DNA of 64,000 bases, taken from contig OY969554.1 of assembly GCA_963700985.1 (NCBI GenBank), forward strand, positions 832,001 to 896,000. Direction: 5' to 3'. This document shows positions 1 through 13,431 of the stretch, piece by piece; position 1 is the stretch's first letter; the number at the start of each line of letters is the position of its first letter. A model generated the notes under the pieces. It worked only from the letters and a program-made list of their open reading frames with translations. It did not search any database and had not been told where the DNA came from. A program made the translations under genes and the position numbers. This stretch comes from an uncultured Chlamydiales bacterium (GTDB lineage Bacteria; Chlamydiota; Chlamydiia; Chlamydiales; Rhabdochlamydiaceae).

Positions 1-213
1 TTTGCTCATGCCTTTTTCGTGAGCTCTAAAATGCGGAAGCACATAAACACCGCTCTGCTCAGTATTTTCTTGAATGACTTGAGCCACTTTCTTCTCATTT
101 TTAAACTTGTGCATGGTCATCTCATGCCAGGGAAGAACCATCCAAGAGATTGTTCCCCATAAGAAAACGACAATGCCGCCAATAATGGCGCAACGCGCTA
201 GCGCTTTATCCAT
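1..213 (-). CDS. Partial hypothetical membrane protein (runs off the window start; not in ORF track)
   Basis: ATG at 213 opens an uninterrupted frame MDKALARCAIIGGIVVFLWGTISWMVLPWHEMTM...; N-terminal TM segment; GAAGGGG SD-like sequence upstream. Confidence 0.75.
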   Translation of the reverse strand, partial: MDKALARCAIIGGIVVFLWGTISWMVLPWHEMTMHKFKNEKKVAQVIQENTEQSGVYVLPHFRAHEKGMSK

Positions 214-318
214 AAAAAACCCCTTCGGTTTGAACTATAAAAATGCTGACCAGACTGCCCAAGGCAGCTCTTTGCCATGCAAATTGTGTACTTCTTTACC
301 GTAAAGGAATTTATTTAA

Positions 319-4459
<4,141 letters not shown>

Positions 4460-4632
4460 GATATCTCCCCTGTTAATACCCTTATACCATCTTTAGCCCT
4501 CAAAATGTAAGAAATTACTTTAAAGCTCGAGTTGTGGATTATTATAAATTTAACTATTTCATTATAAGAGACTTGTAATTTTGGCAACTATGGCTGCAAA
4601 AATTGACGCAATTTTGCATGATGAGTAGCAGA

Positions 4633-5781
4633 ATGTTTAATAGATTTTTTGATCCACCTTCATCTGAGAGCTACTTTCTTTTCGGGCCTCGCGGCACCGG
4701 AAAATCGACTTGGCTTAAAGCACACTACCCTCATGCCTATTGGATTGACCTGCTCAATCCAGAAATTTTTCGATTTTTTACTACAGGACCTGAGCGCCTT
4801 ATAAGCATTTTAAAAGAAAAACCAGAAAGAGTCGTAGTCATCGATGAGGTTCAAAAAGCCCCCGAGTTACTCAATGTGGTTCATAGCCTTATAGAGGAAA
4901 AGAAAGGCTATCAATTTATCATGACAGGTTCGAGCACGAGAAAGCTCAAACAGCAAGGCATCAATTTGCTCGGTGGAAGAGCTCTCCTTAGGCATATGCC
5001 CCCTTTCTTTGCAGGCGAGCTTGGGAGCGCCTTTAACCTGAATAAAAACCTAAAGCTGGGCATGCTTCCTATTGTTCTGGATTCAGCAGTACCAGAAGAA
5101 GTTTTGAGAGCCTACGCTGGTATCTATCTCAAAGAAGAAGTGCAGGCTGAGGGATTAGTGAGAAATATTGGAGATTTTGCTCGCTTTTTAGAAATTATGA
5201 GTTTTTCTCATGCGTCAGTGATCAACGCTTCAAATATCGCACGTGAATGTCAAATTGCGCGAAAAACGGTCGATAGTTACTTGCTTATTCTCGAAGATCT
5301 ACTTCTTGCTTTCCAGCTTCAAGTCTTCCATCGAAAAGCTAAAAGAGCTCTTGCGTTACATCCAAAATTTTATTTTTTTGATGCTGGAGTTTATTATTCT
5401 CTAAAACCTAAAAGCTATTACGACAAGGAAAATGAAAGAGAAGGAGCTGCATTAGAAGGTCTTGTAGCTCAGCATCTAAAAGCATGGATCGATGCACAGA
5501 TTGAGCAATACCAACTTCATTTTTGGCGCACGCGCGCTCAAGCCGAAGTAGACTTCATCGTTTCAGGTCCTGATTGTTTTCTTGCCATTGAAGTAAAAAA
5601 TGGCTCTGTAATTCACCCAAGTGATCTGCGCGGCCTTGAATTATTTGGTCAAGATTATCCCGAGGCCACATGCATACTCCTGTACCGAGGCAAACACACA
5701 TTCAAAGAGCGCAACATTCTTTGCTGTCCTGCAGATGAGTTTCTTTTGAAAATTCATCCAAAGAAAGCTTTGGTTGGTTGA
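4633..5781 (+). CDS. AAA_14 ATPase with DUF4143 and C-terminal PD-(D/E)xK-like domain
   Basis: GPRGTGKST Walker A, VIDEVQK Walker B, MTGSS, KFYFFDAG, EVDFIV...AIEVK; start could be 4603-4633. Confidence 0.9.
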   Translation: MFNRFFDPPSSESYFLFGPRGTGKSTWLKAHYPHAYWIDLLNPEIFRFFTTGPERLISILKEKPERVVVIDEVQKAPELLNVVHSLIEEKKGYQFIMTGSSTRKLKQQGINLLGGRALLRHMPPFFAGELGSAFNLNKNLKLGMLPIVLDSAVPEEVLRAYAGIYLKEEVQAEGLVRNIGDFARFLEIMSFSHASVINASNIARECQIARKTVDSYLLILEDLLLAFQLQVFHRKAKRALALHPKFYFFDAGVYYSLKPKSYYDKENEREGAALEGLVAQHLKAWIDAQIEQYQLHFWRTRAQAEVDFIVSGPDCFLAIEVKNGSVIHPSDLRGLELFGQDYPEATCILLYRGKHTFKERNILCCPADEFLLKIHPKKALVG

Positions 5782-5827
5782 CTCTAAGAGCAGAGAAGAT
5801 TATTCTTTTTTTCTTTTCAGGAAAATT

Positions 5828-7219
5828 ATGTCTAAAGCTCGTCCCCTTACTTTATTTACCCTTGCCATGATCAACGTGGCCACCATTGGCGGCCTGAAAA
5901 ACTGGGCCGTGACCGCAGAATATGGGCTTGCTTCAGCATTTTTCCTGGTAATAGCCGCTCTGCTCTTTTTTATCCCCACAGCCCTAGTTTCGGCTGAGCT
6001 TGCCACGGGTTGGCCCGAACGCGGCGGCGTTTTTCTTTGGGTAAAAGAAGCTTTTGGGCACCGCGCCGGTTTTCAAGCCATCTGGCTGCAGTGGATCCAA
6101 ACGGTCGTTTGGTATCCCACTATTTTAGCTTTTATTTCCGGCACTTTTGCCTATGCCTTTAATCCGATGCTTGCCGAGAACAAGATTTACACACTGTTAG
6201 TTGTATTGGGAGTTTTTTGGATCGCCACCTTAGCCAATCTGCAAGGCATGCGTATTTCTGGATGGATTAGCTCGGCCGGCACAATCTTAGGAACCTTCAT
6301 TCCAGCCGGCGTGATCATCTTCCTGGGCGTTTTGTGGATAGCTTCTGGCAAGCCCTCACAAGTTCCTTTCACATTTGATAATCTCATTCCCGACATGAGT
6401 CACATCAAAGAGCTCGTCTTCTTTTCAGGAGTTATTTTGAGTTTGATGGGCATGGAAATGTCGGCCGTGCATGCCAAAGATGTGGAGAATCCTCAAAGAA
6501 CCTATCCCCGCGCAATTCTACTCTCGCTAATCATTATCCTCGGGCTCTCCATCCCAGGCGTACTCTCCATTGCGATTGTAGTGCCTCAATCTGAGATCAG
6601 TTTCCTGGCGGGCTCCATTCAAGCCTTTTCAGTATTCGTAGAATCTTTTCAGTTGAAGTGGCTAGTGCCGCTAATTGCCTCGTTGATCGCTTTGGGCGCA
6701 GCTACCTCTGTGAGCACCTGGATGGTCGGACCAAGCCGAGGTCTTTTGGCTGCAGCGCAAGCAGGTGATCTACCCCCAATCTTCCGCACGCAGAATAAAC
6801 ATAACATGCCGGTTGGCCTGCTCGTTTTCCAAGGGATCGTCGTCTCGATTATCACCTTTCTCTTTCTCTTTATGCCCAGCTTAAATGCAGCCTTCTGGTT
6901 CATCAGCGTAATCGTGGCACAACTTTATCTAATCATGTATTTCCTTCTTTTTGCCGCAGCCATCAAGCTACGCTACAAAAAGCCCGATGTCGTTCGAGCT
7001 TATAAAGTTCCTGGAGGAAAAGTCGGCATCTGGATTGTGTGTGGATTGGGCTTTCTAACCTCAGCCTTCACCTTCTTTATCGGCTTCTTCCCACCCGCAC
7101 AGATTCAAGTGGGCAACGTCTATTTCTATCTCTCTTCCCTGCTGGGAGGCGTAGTCTTTTTATGTATGGGACCCTATATCATCCTGCTCTTCAAAACCGC
7201 GAAGTGGACTAAAGAATAA
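5828..7219 (+). CDS. APC-family amino acid permease/antiporter (GadC/XasA-like)
   Basis: About 12 TM segments; FFIPTALVSAELATGWP-GG-F-WV-EAFG and GMEMSAVHA motifs. Confidence 0.88.
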   Translation: MSKARPLTLFTLAMINVATIGGLKNWAVTAEYGLASAFFLVIAALLFFIPTALVSAELATGWPERGGVFLWVKEAFGHRAGFQAIWLQWIQTVVWYPTILAFISGTFAYAFNPMLAENKIYTLLVVLGVFWIATLANLQGMRISGWISSAGTILGTFIPAGVIIFLGVLWIASGKPSQVPFTFDNLIPDMSHIKELVFFSGVILSLMGMEMSAVHAKDVENPQRTYPRAILLSLIIILGLSIPGVLSIAIVVPQSEISFLAGSIQAFSVFVESFQLKWLVPLIASLIALGAATSVSTWMVGPSRGLLAAAQAGDLPPIFRTQNKHNMPVGLLVFQGIVVSIITFLFLFMPSLNAAFWFISVIVAQLYLIMYFLLFAAAIKLRYKKPDVVRAYKVPGGKVGIWIVCGLGFLTSAFTFFIGFFPPAQIQVGNVYFYLSSLLGGVVFLCMGPYIILLFKTAKWTKE

Positions 7220-7220
7220 G

Positions 7221-7295
7221 ATCGGGCACGCACACGGGCACGGGCACGAAAGAAAAAAAGATCATTTCTTAATTCTTTTCGTGCCCGTGCCCGAT
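7221..7295. repeat. Inverted-repeat hairpin built from GGGCAC hexamer units between convergent genes
   Basis: CGGGCACGGGCACGAAAGAA ... TTCTTTTCGTGCCCGTGCCCG. Confidence 0.75.
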
Positions 7296-7305
7296 TATCT
7301 CTATC

Positions 7306-8049
7306 TTATTGTGCGAAGCCAAAAAGGCGCTTGAAGCAATCCACGAGACCTTGAAAGCAGCCGTAGAACGCATCAGCAACCATCTCATACCAAGGACGAT
7401 TATCTGGCTCTGGCGCAAGTGGTGGAGGTGGAACAGGCTCTTGAGGAACTGGCGCTGGCTGATTCGGTTTTGGAGAAGCTGCTGGCACTTTATTTATAGG
7501 AGCCGGTGCCGCTTGGGCTTCGAGTTTGGGTGTAATTAGAGAATCACGAGGAATGTTAAGCAGCCATTCTGCAGTTTCGAATATGTCCTCAACCCCTGCA
7601 TTCCCCATTCTGCCCCCCTGGAATATATCTGCATGCGCATGCGCATCCACTTCCCATTGATATTTTTGTAGCCTACCATCACGCGGGCCAGAATGTGGAT
7701 GGTCCTCACTTGCGCGATAGAAACCGACGCATTTGCCATCTCTAAAAGCAACTTCAAACATTTTGTGCTTTGCATCATCCTTTGCATTTTTCGCTCTTTC
7801 AAAAAAGAATGAGACGGCAACACCTTCAACGAGGGTCTTTTGCGAATCCGCAAATTTTTGATTAAAAAACAGCCTCTCTTTAAGAGAAGCTGGTAGATTT
7901 GGATTACTTCGATCGATGTATTGAGAAATCAAGGGCATGTGGGCAGCCCAATCGCCTAGCTTTGCGAGTTCTTTTGGGTCGACATGCTGCTCAACTAGCG
8001 CTATTTGACTAGCGCTCAAAGGTAGCGAAAAAACACCAGATGTGGCCAT
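7306..8049 (-). CDS. Hypothetical protein, tandem paralog 1 (putative effector; Pro-rich linker, amphipathic C-terminal tail)
   Basis: Shares GVAxSFF, F...CVGxY and WY...DA..GC....VDCFK..FG motifs with neighbours; AGGAG SD. Confidence 0.85.
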   Translation of the reverse strand: MATSGVFSLPLSASQIALVEQHVDPKELAKLGDWAAHMPLISQYIDRSNPNLPASLKERLFFNQKFADSQKTLVEGVAVSFFFERAKNAKDDAKHKMFEVAFRDGKCVGFYRASEDHPHSGPRDGRLQKYQWEVDAHAHADIFQGGRMGNAGVEDIFETAEWLLNIPRDSLITPKLEAQAAPAPINKVPAASPKPNQPAPVPQEPVPPPPLAPEPDNRPWYEMVADAFYGCFQGLVDCFKRLFGFAQ

Positions 8050-8067
8050 AAAAACTCCTGATTAAAT

Positions 8068-8814
8068 TTAGGTTGCAAAGCCAAAAAATCGCTTAAAGCA
8101 ATCCACCAAGCTAGCTATGCAGCCACCTAGCGCATCACCAATCATCTGGTACCAAGCGCGAGCAGCAGGCTGAGCTGGTTCTCCATCATCCAGAGCAACG
8201 GGCTCGTTGGGCAGAGGCGCAGGGGCTGGTAGCGGCTCAACACGAGGTGGTATAAGGGAAGAAAGCCTCCCGATATGATAGTCCGTTACACCAGAGTCCT
8301 TTAACATTTGTTCAATTCCGTACCGAGCCTGTGCTTCAGGATTAAAGATCATCGGATCTCCCAGCTTATTAAGAGGCATGGAGACGTGTGCATCGTTATA
8401 ATCGGATCTAAGACGGTCGTCCGTTTCACACCCATCATCCGGACTGAATTTAAAAGAGTAGTGACCGACACACCTGCCCCCTTGAAATCCGACTTCTCGG
8501 ATCTTCCAAGATATAATTCCCACTCCATTTTCACTCGGTTTCGCTTCAAAAAATGATAGTGCTACGCCCTCAACAAGTTTTGACTGCGAATCTACAAACT
8601 TATTCGTAAAATACAACTGACCACGAAGCTTTTTTGGCGTATCCGGACTGTGTCGTTGTATGAAGTCCAAATATAAAGGGATCTTGGTAGTCCAATCGCC
8701 ACCAAGTTTCGTGCTCAGCACACCAAGTACTTCTTCTGGAACATGGCTACGGATTAACGCTTGGTGCTCACCATCCAAAGGTAGAGCTACAGTTGTTGAA
8801 AATTGAACGGCCAT
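8068..8814 (-). CDS. Hypothetical protein, tandem paralog 2
   Basis: Same motif set as 7306..8049; AGAGG SD. Confidence 0.85.
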   Translation of the reverse strand: MAVQFSTTVALPLDGEHQALIRSHVPEEVLGVLSTKLGGDWTTKIPLYLDFIQRHSPDTPKKLRGQLYFTNKFVDSQSKLVEGVALSFFEAKPSENGVGIISWKIREVGFQGGRCVGHYSFKFSPDDGCETDDRLRSDYNDAHVSMPLNKLGDPMIFNPEAQARYGIEQMLKDSGVTDYHIGRLSSLIPPRVEPLPAPAPLPNEPVALDDGEPAQPAARAWYQMIGDALGGCIASLVDCFKRFFGFAT

Positions 8815-8835
8815 AAAAACCTCTTTTAATTTTAT

Positions 8836-9534
8836 TTAATTTGTAAGTCCAAAAAAGTGCTTAAAGCAATCTACGAAACTCCACACGCAGCCGCAAAACG
8901 CATCAGTAATTTTTTGATACCAAGCACGCTCGTCAATAGGTTGCTCACCATCAGGTTGCTCATCTTCAATAGGATCAGCGTTATGTAAATTCTTGGCAGC
9001 AGGTGCACCTGATTTAGCATTAAGTGCTTGGCGTTGAGCTTCCTTTGCAGCCCCTAAATGACAACTCAGCAAATTCAATCCCTCATTCATTTCATTTTCC
9101 AGATCAGTTAGTCCTTGAGCATCTTGCTTCGCAAGACAATCAAGGCGTCCCTCGTGAGACATCGCAACAGCATAGAAACCAACACACTGTTTATTTTGGA
9201 AGGCGACACTCTCAAATTTCCACTTAGAGGAACGTTGAGCTTCATTTTTTTGATTTTCAAAAAAGAGTGATAATGCAACGCCGTTAACTACTTCTTTATT
9301 GGAATTCATGAACTGTGTGCTCCAAAACAGTCGATAATGAAATTCTTTTGGGAGATTGGGCTTTTCGAAATCAACAAGCTGTGAAATCATTGGAATCTGC
9401 ACATGCCAATCATTAGCTCGCTCACGAAGAGGGCTCAGCTTAAATGCACCTTCAGGAACGTGCTGATTAACCAATGCTATTTGTGCATCAGTTAAAAGGG
9501 TGACAGGTACTTGGCCTACTGGTTTTACTGACAT
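8836..9534 (-). CDS. Hypothetical protein, tandem paralog 3
   Basis: Same motif set; AGGAG SD. Confidence 0.85.
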   Translation of the reverse strand: MSVKPVGQVPVTLLTDAQIALVNQHVPEGAFKLSPLRERANDWHVQIPMISQLVDFEKPNLPKEFHYRLFWSTQFMNSNKEVVNGVALSLFFENQKNEAQRSSKWKFESVAFQNKQCVGFYAVAMSHEGRLDCLAKQDAQGLTDLENEMNEGLNLLSCHLGAAKEAQRQALNAKSGAPAAKNLHNADPIEDEQPDGEQPIDERAWYQKITDAFCGCVWSFVDCFKHFFGLTN

Positions 9535-9663
9535 AAAAACTCCTTTTTCTTGTTTTTAACAAAGTAAATTATACACTAATTGTAATATAAACCAGACAAT
9601 TAAAAATTATTTTACTTCGTTAAAAAAATTCATTAACGCCTCATACTTAAAGAAAATTTTAAG

Positions 9664-10238
9664 TTAATGGGAAATACATAAAATACTCCTGATGAAATCT
9701 GCTATAATCTGCAAACAGCTCCCCAGTGCATCGCCTACCTCTTCATACCAGGGAGGTGAACCAGGTCCCTTTACTCTGCGTATTAGTTCAGGAATTTTTT
9801 CTTTAATTAGTTTCTGAGAAGAGGTTGCAAGATCCCAGTCTTGGTCGCGCGCGCCTATGGAAAATTCGGAAGTTTTTGCAGGCTGTTTCTCGAACTGATA
9901 GTAGCCTACACACTCTCGTTTTGCAGTTGATAATGGCCTGCTAAAAGCGAGTTCGATTATCTCCCAACTACCTAATTCTGAAGGCTGCTCTGCATTTTGC
10001 TTATATGCAAAGAAGGCGAGTGCAACTCCTCGAACAGATACACCTACTCTGCGGGCAATTGCTCACCTGCTTTTGTTCTATCTATGGCACTTGTAAACCT
10101 CGGTGACACTCCTCTTGCATAAATCATTGAAAGTTTGTCCCACTCTCCCAATTGTGTAAGCACATTTTCGGGAATGTGCTCAAGAACTTCTCTTCGATCA
10201 TCTTCGTTTAAAGACTGTGCGATTGCTTTAATAGACAT
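9664..10238 (-). pseudogene. Frameshifted fourth paralog of the tandem family
   Basis: 5' frame MSIK...HIPE...LGEWD...LPAE stops at 10044; a shifted frame continues VRGVALAFF...WEIIELAF...CVGYY...WYEEVGDALGSCLQIIADFIRSILCISH to TAA at 9664. Confidence 0.8.
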
Positions 10239-10297
10239 AAAACCTCCGTTGATCGAGACGAATTATGAACCTATCCAACTAAATCTTCAGTTAAATT

Positions 10298-11386
10298 TTA
10301 TTTTTCGAAGCGATCGAGAAAGATTTTCTCTCCGGCTTGCAGAGTAATTTTATCTCCGTGCTGCACGGTAATGCCACGACTTCTCTCGTTATGACGCAAG
10401 CGGAATCTACGGATAGATTTTTGCAGAGAAAGCAACAGAGTTTGGGATTCGGTTGAGCGGTAGATCACACGTTGTAGGAGTTTTTTTGACCATTCTAAAT
10501 CGATCAGATCGCCATTTTTGCGCTTAATTCCGATGTAACGACCGGCAAATAGCTGCGGTGGGAGATGAGGAAGAAGAGAGACAGTGTTGCTCTCTTCTTG
10601 GAAAAAAAGCGAGCGAATGAGCGCTCCGCCACGTTGGAGCAAAAGAAGCGGAGAAAGATCGGGCGAAATTTTCAAATCAGAGAAGACAATTCCTTGAAAT
10701 TGCTCATCTTCAAGGCGCGGCAGCATGATATTCGAAAAAGCAACCAGAAAAGTGCGTTGCAAAGCTGGGATGATTTCGATTTTCTTATCTTGTTTTAAGA
10801 TCTCTTCGCATTCGATCAGTGGTAGCAGCGTGCCCTCAGAGCGTCTGGGATCTTCGACTTTGGGAATAAAACTAGAAAGACGAAGCCAAACGGGAAGGAT
10901 CTCTTGCATCTCTTGGCGACGGCAAACGAGATCCCAGTCTTGTGCTTTGTGTATTCCCAATGAAAGGCGTTCTTGAGGAATTTCTGAAAGAGAGTGTTCT
11001 TTACTAATAGGCAATAAGAGTAGGTCTTTATTTTTCATCAGAGCTTGTTTTTTCAGCTCGGGCACAGAGCAGCCAACTCCTTCGGATGGTGTGCGTTCAA
11101 ACAGGATCTCAATGCCCTGCTCGCTTCGTTGAATGCGCAGGCGAAAATAGCCTTTTTGGCTCTGGCCAAAAATGTGCACCTCTCCCCTTTCTAAATCTTG
11201 CTCGAGGGTAAAATTCTTAACTGGACCTTCCAAATCTAGTTTAACCAAAAACTTAGCATCCGTGTGCAGGTTTTTGAAGCAAAGGCGTGTAGGAAAGGCC
11301 TGCACTTGCCAGAAGCTTTTAGGCAGCAAGCAGGTGGCGCCAGCAAGATGAGAAAATGGATGAAAACGCAAGGCAACTTTAATCAC
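10298..11386 (-). CDS. Hypothetical protein; C-terminus resembles the GH95/GH65 C-terminal beta domain
   Basis: 362 aa ORF overlapping the mtaB stop; LLPHLPP...GRYIGI...G..IDLEW motif. Confidence 0.75.
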   Translation of the reverse strand: MIKVALRFHPFSHLAGATCLLPKSFWQVQAFPTRLCFKNLHTDAKFLVKLDLEGPVKNFTLEQDLERGEVHIFGQSQKGYFRLRIQRSEQGIEILFERTPSEGVGCSVPELKKQALMKNKDLLLLPISKEHSLSEIPQERLSLGIHKAQDWDLVCRRQEMQEILPVWLRLSSFIPKVEDPRRSEGTLLPLIECEEILKQDKKIEIIPALQRTFLVAFSNIMLPRLEDEQFQGIVFSDLKISPDLSPLLLLQRGGALIRSLFFQEESNTVSLLPHLPPQLFAGRYIGIKRKNGDLIDLEWSKKLLQRVIYRSTESQTLLLSLQKSIRRFRLRHNERSRGITVQHGDKITLQAGEKIFLDRFEK

Positions 11387-12653
11387 GGCGGCTTATTAAT
11401 CCCAGTGTATGGTTTTGGATGCATTCAACCGTGACGAGCTCATTTGCACGAAGGCCGTGCGAAGGAACGAAGACGGATAAAAAGTTTTCAGTATGCCCTT
11501 CGAGATAACCGGGCAGAGTTTCTTTATCGCTCTCGAGAAGCACCTGCATCTTGCGGCCGATATACTGCTCTCTTAGTTCAAAGGCATGCTGTTCAGCTAA
11601 ACGTAAAACGCGCTGTTTGCGCTCTTGAATAACTTCTTGAGGGATTTTATTCGGGAAAAGCGCTGCTCTGGTGCGCTTCCTTTCGCTGTAAGGGAACATA
11701 TGCACTTTGGCAAACTTCACCTCTTTCATGATCTCGAGGGTCTCTTCGAAATCCTGCTCTGTTTCGCCAGGAAAGCCGACGATGATATCGGTGGTAAAGG
11801 TAAAATCAGGGCACGCCTTTTTAAGGTTTTGTACACTCTGTAAAAAATCTTGGCGCGTGTATTTGCGATTCATGCGCTTTAATACGACGTTAGATCCAGA
11901 TTGAAGCACGATGTGCAGCGAGGGACAGGTTGTTTTACCCGTGAGCACAGCTTGTAAAAGTGCCTCGTCTACTTCATCGGGATCAATGGAGGAAACGCGC
12001 AGACGTTTTAATCCGGGCACCGCATCGACGGCACGCACGAGCTCAGCTAAACGCACGGGTTCTTCGCCTTCTTTGGGCGAGCCATCAAAATCGCCGATGT
12101 TAATGCCGGTGAGCACAACTTCTTTATAGCCATTTTCTATGAGCGTCTTAACTTCACTGAGCACCTCATCTAAACGCCTTGAGGTGGAGCGGCCACGCAC
12201 ATAGGGAATGATGCAATAGGTGCAAAATGAGTTGCACCCATCTTGAACTTTGACAAAAGCACGTGTATGCGCGGGGAAATGCGTGATGGCAAATTCTGGC
12301 ATCTCTTGTTCGGGAAGCGCAATAGACAGCAGCTCTTCTTTCTGCTTGTTGGGAACCACCAGGTTGACTCCGGTGATTTTTGCGATCTCTTCGGGCAGAC
12401 GTTCGGCCAAGCAGCCGGTGACTACAAGCTTCGCATCTGGATGTTGGCGGGCAAATTGCCGAATTTGATGACGGCTTGAACTATCAGCCGATTCGGTTAC
12501 CGTGCACGTATTGACAATGCACAGCTCAGCCGTTTCGCCCTCTTGAGCTTCTTCGTAGCCTAGCTTTTGCAGCTGAGACGCATAGGCTGCGGCTTCATAT
12601 TGATTGGTACGGCAACCCAGGGCTACCACTTTATATCTTTTTTTCGTGTCCAT
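11379..12653 (-). CDS. mtaB: tRNA t6A37 methylthiotransferase
   Basis: LGCRTNQYE, NTCTVT, radical SAM CNSFCTYC, TDIIVGFPGET, TRAM-like end. Confidence 0.93.
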   Translation of the reverse strand: MDTKKRYKVVALGCRTNQYEAAAYASQLQKLGYEEAQEGETAELCIVNTCTVTESADSSSRHQIRQFARQHPDAKLVVTGCLAERLPEEIAKITGVNLVVPNKQKEELLSIALPEQEMPEFAITHFPAHTRAFVKVQDGCNSFCTYCIIPYVRGRSTSRRLDEVLSEVKTLIENGYKEVVLTGINIGDFDGSPKEGEEPVRLAELVRAVDAVPGLKRLRVSSIDPDEVDEALLQAVLTGKTTCPSLHIVLQSGSNVVLKRMNRKYTRQDFLQSVQNLKKACPDFTFTTDIIVGFPGETEQDFEETLEIMKEVKFAKVHMFPYSERKRTRAALFPNKIPQEVIQERKQRVLRLAEQHAFELREQYIGRKMQVLLESDKETLPGYLEGHTENFLSVFVPSHGLRANELVTVECIQNHTLGLISRRD

Positions 12654-12770
12654 GAGGGCGCAAATTATGCCAAGAAGGCCGCCCAGGTGCAAGGAGATTA
12701 AAACAATCTCAAGGATGTTTATTGGAAAAAAGTATTACATCTAATAGTATGAGGATAGAGGTGTCAAAAC

Positions 12771-13364
12771 GTGTCATTTTACTCTATCACTTTAGCGCTC
12801 TTCTTCGTCCTCAACGCCCTGGGAAACATTCCTCTCTTCATCGGGCTAATCGGACATTATGACCTAGTCCGCCAACGTAAAATTATTGTTAGAGAGCTCT
12901 TAATTGCGCTCTTTATCCTGCTAGCCTTCAACTTCTTTGGAAATAAGATTCTGGAACTTCTGGGTATCTCAGAACCCATCATCGGCATCGCGGGCGGCAT
13001 CCTACTCTTTATTATTGCCCTTGGCATGATCTTCCCCAAAGCCGATAAAGCCGAAGCACCTCGTAGCGAACCCCTGATTGTGCCGCTTGCCACCCCAATC
13101 GTGGCCGGGCCTGGCGCGATCGCCACCGTGATGGTCTATTCAGAGCAGGTCTCCAACGCCTGGGTGATGTCTGGTGCCATCTTTTTAGCGTGGCTGCCCT
13201 GCTTCATCATCTTGCTAGTCTCGTCAAACATCAAAATCGTTCTGGGAAAAAGAGGCCTTGCTGCCTGTGAAAGACTGGGCGGTATGCTCATCAGCTTAGT
13301 CTCAGTGCAGATGTTCTCAAGCGGCGTGATCAAGCTCGTTCAAGACGCCTGCTATTCACACTAG
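12771..13364 (+). CDS. MarC family inner-membrane protein
   Basis: NALGNIPLF, VPLATPIVAGPGAIA, ERLGG motifs. Confidence 0.92.
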   Translation: MSFYSITLALFFVLNALGNIPLFIGLIGHYDLVRQRKIIVRELLIALFILLAFNFFGNKILELLGISEPIIGIAGGILLFIIALGMIFPKADKAEAPRSEPLIVPLATPIVAGPGAIATVMVYSEQVSNAWVMSGAIFLAWLPCFIILLVSSNIKIVLGKRGLAACERLGGMLISLVSVQMFSSGVIKLVQDACYSH

Positions 13365-13431
13365 AAGGTTAAATCCGGCTGATTCATAACTCAACTTCAG
13401 ATTAGCCGCATTTATTCTAAGCAATATTTAT

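Noticed and set aside
4603-5781. AAA-DUF4143 gene as a defence system
   Set aside because: A common stand-alone family; no partner defence genes nearby
10040-10065. Programmed ribosomal frameshift in the fourth paralog
   Set aside because: No slippery heptamer is visible and a conserved segment is missing, which favours a deletion
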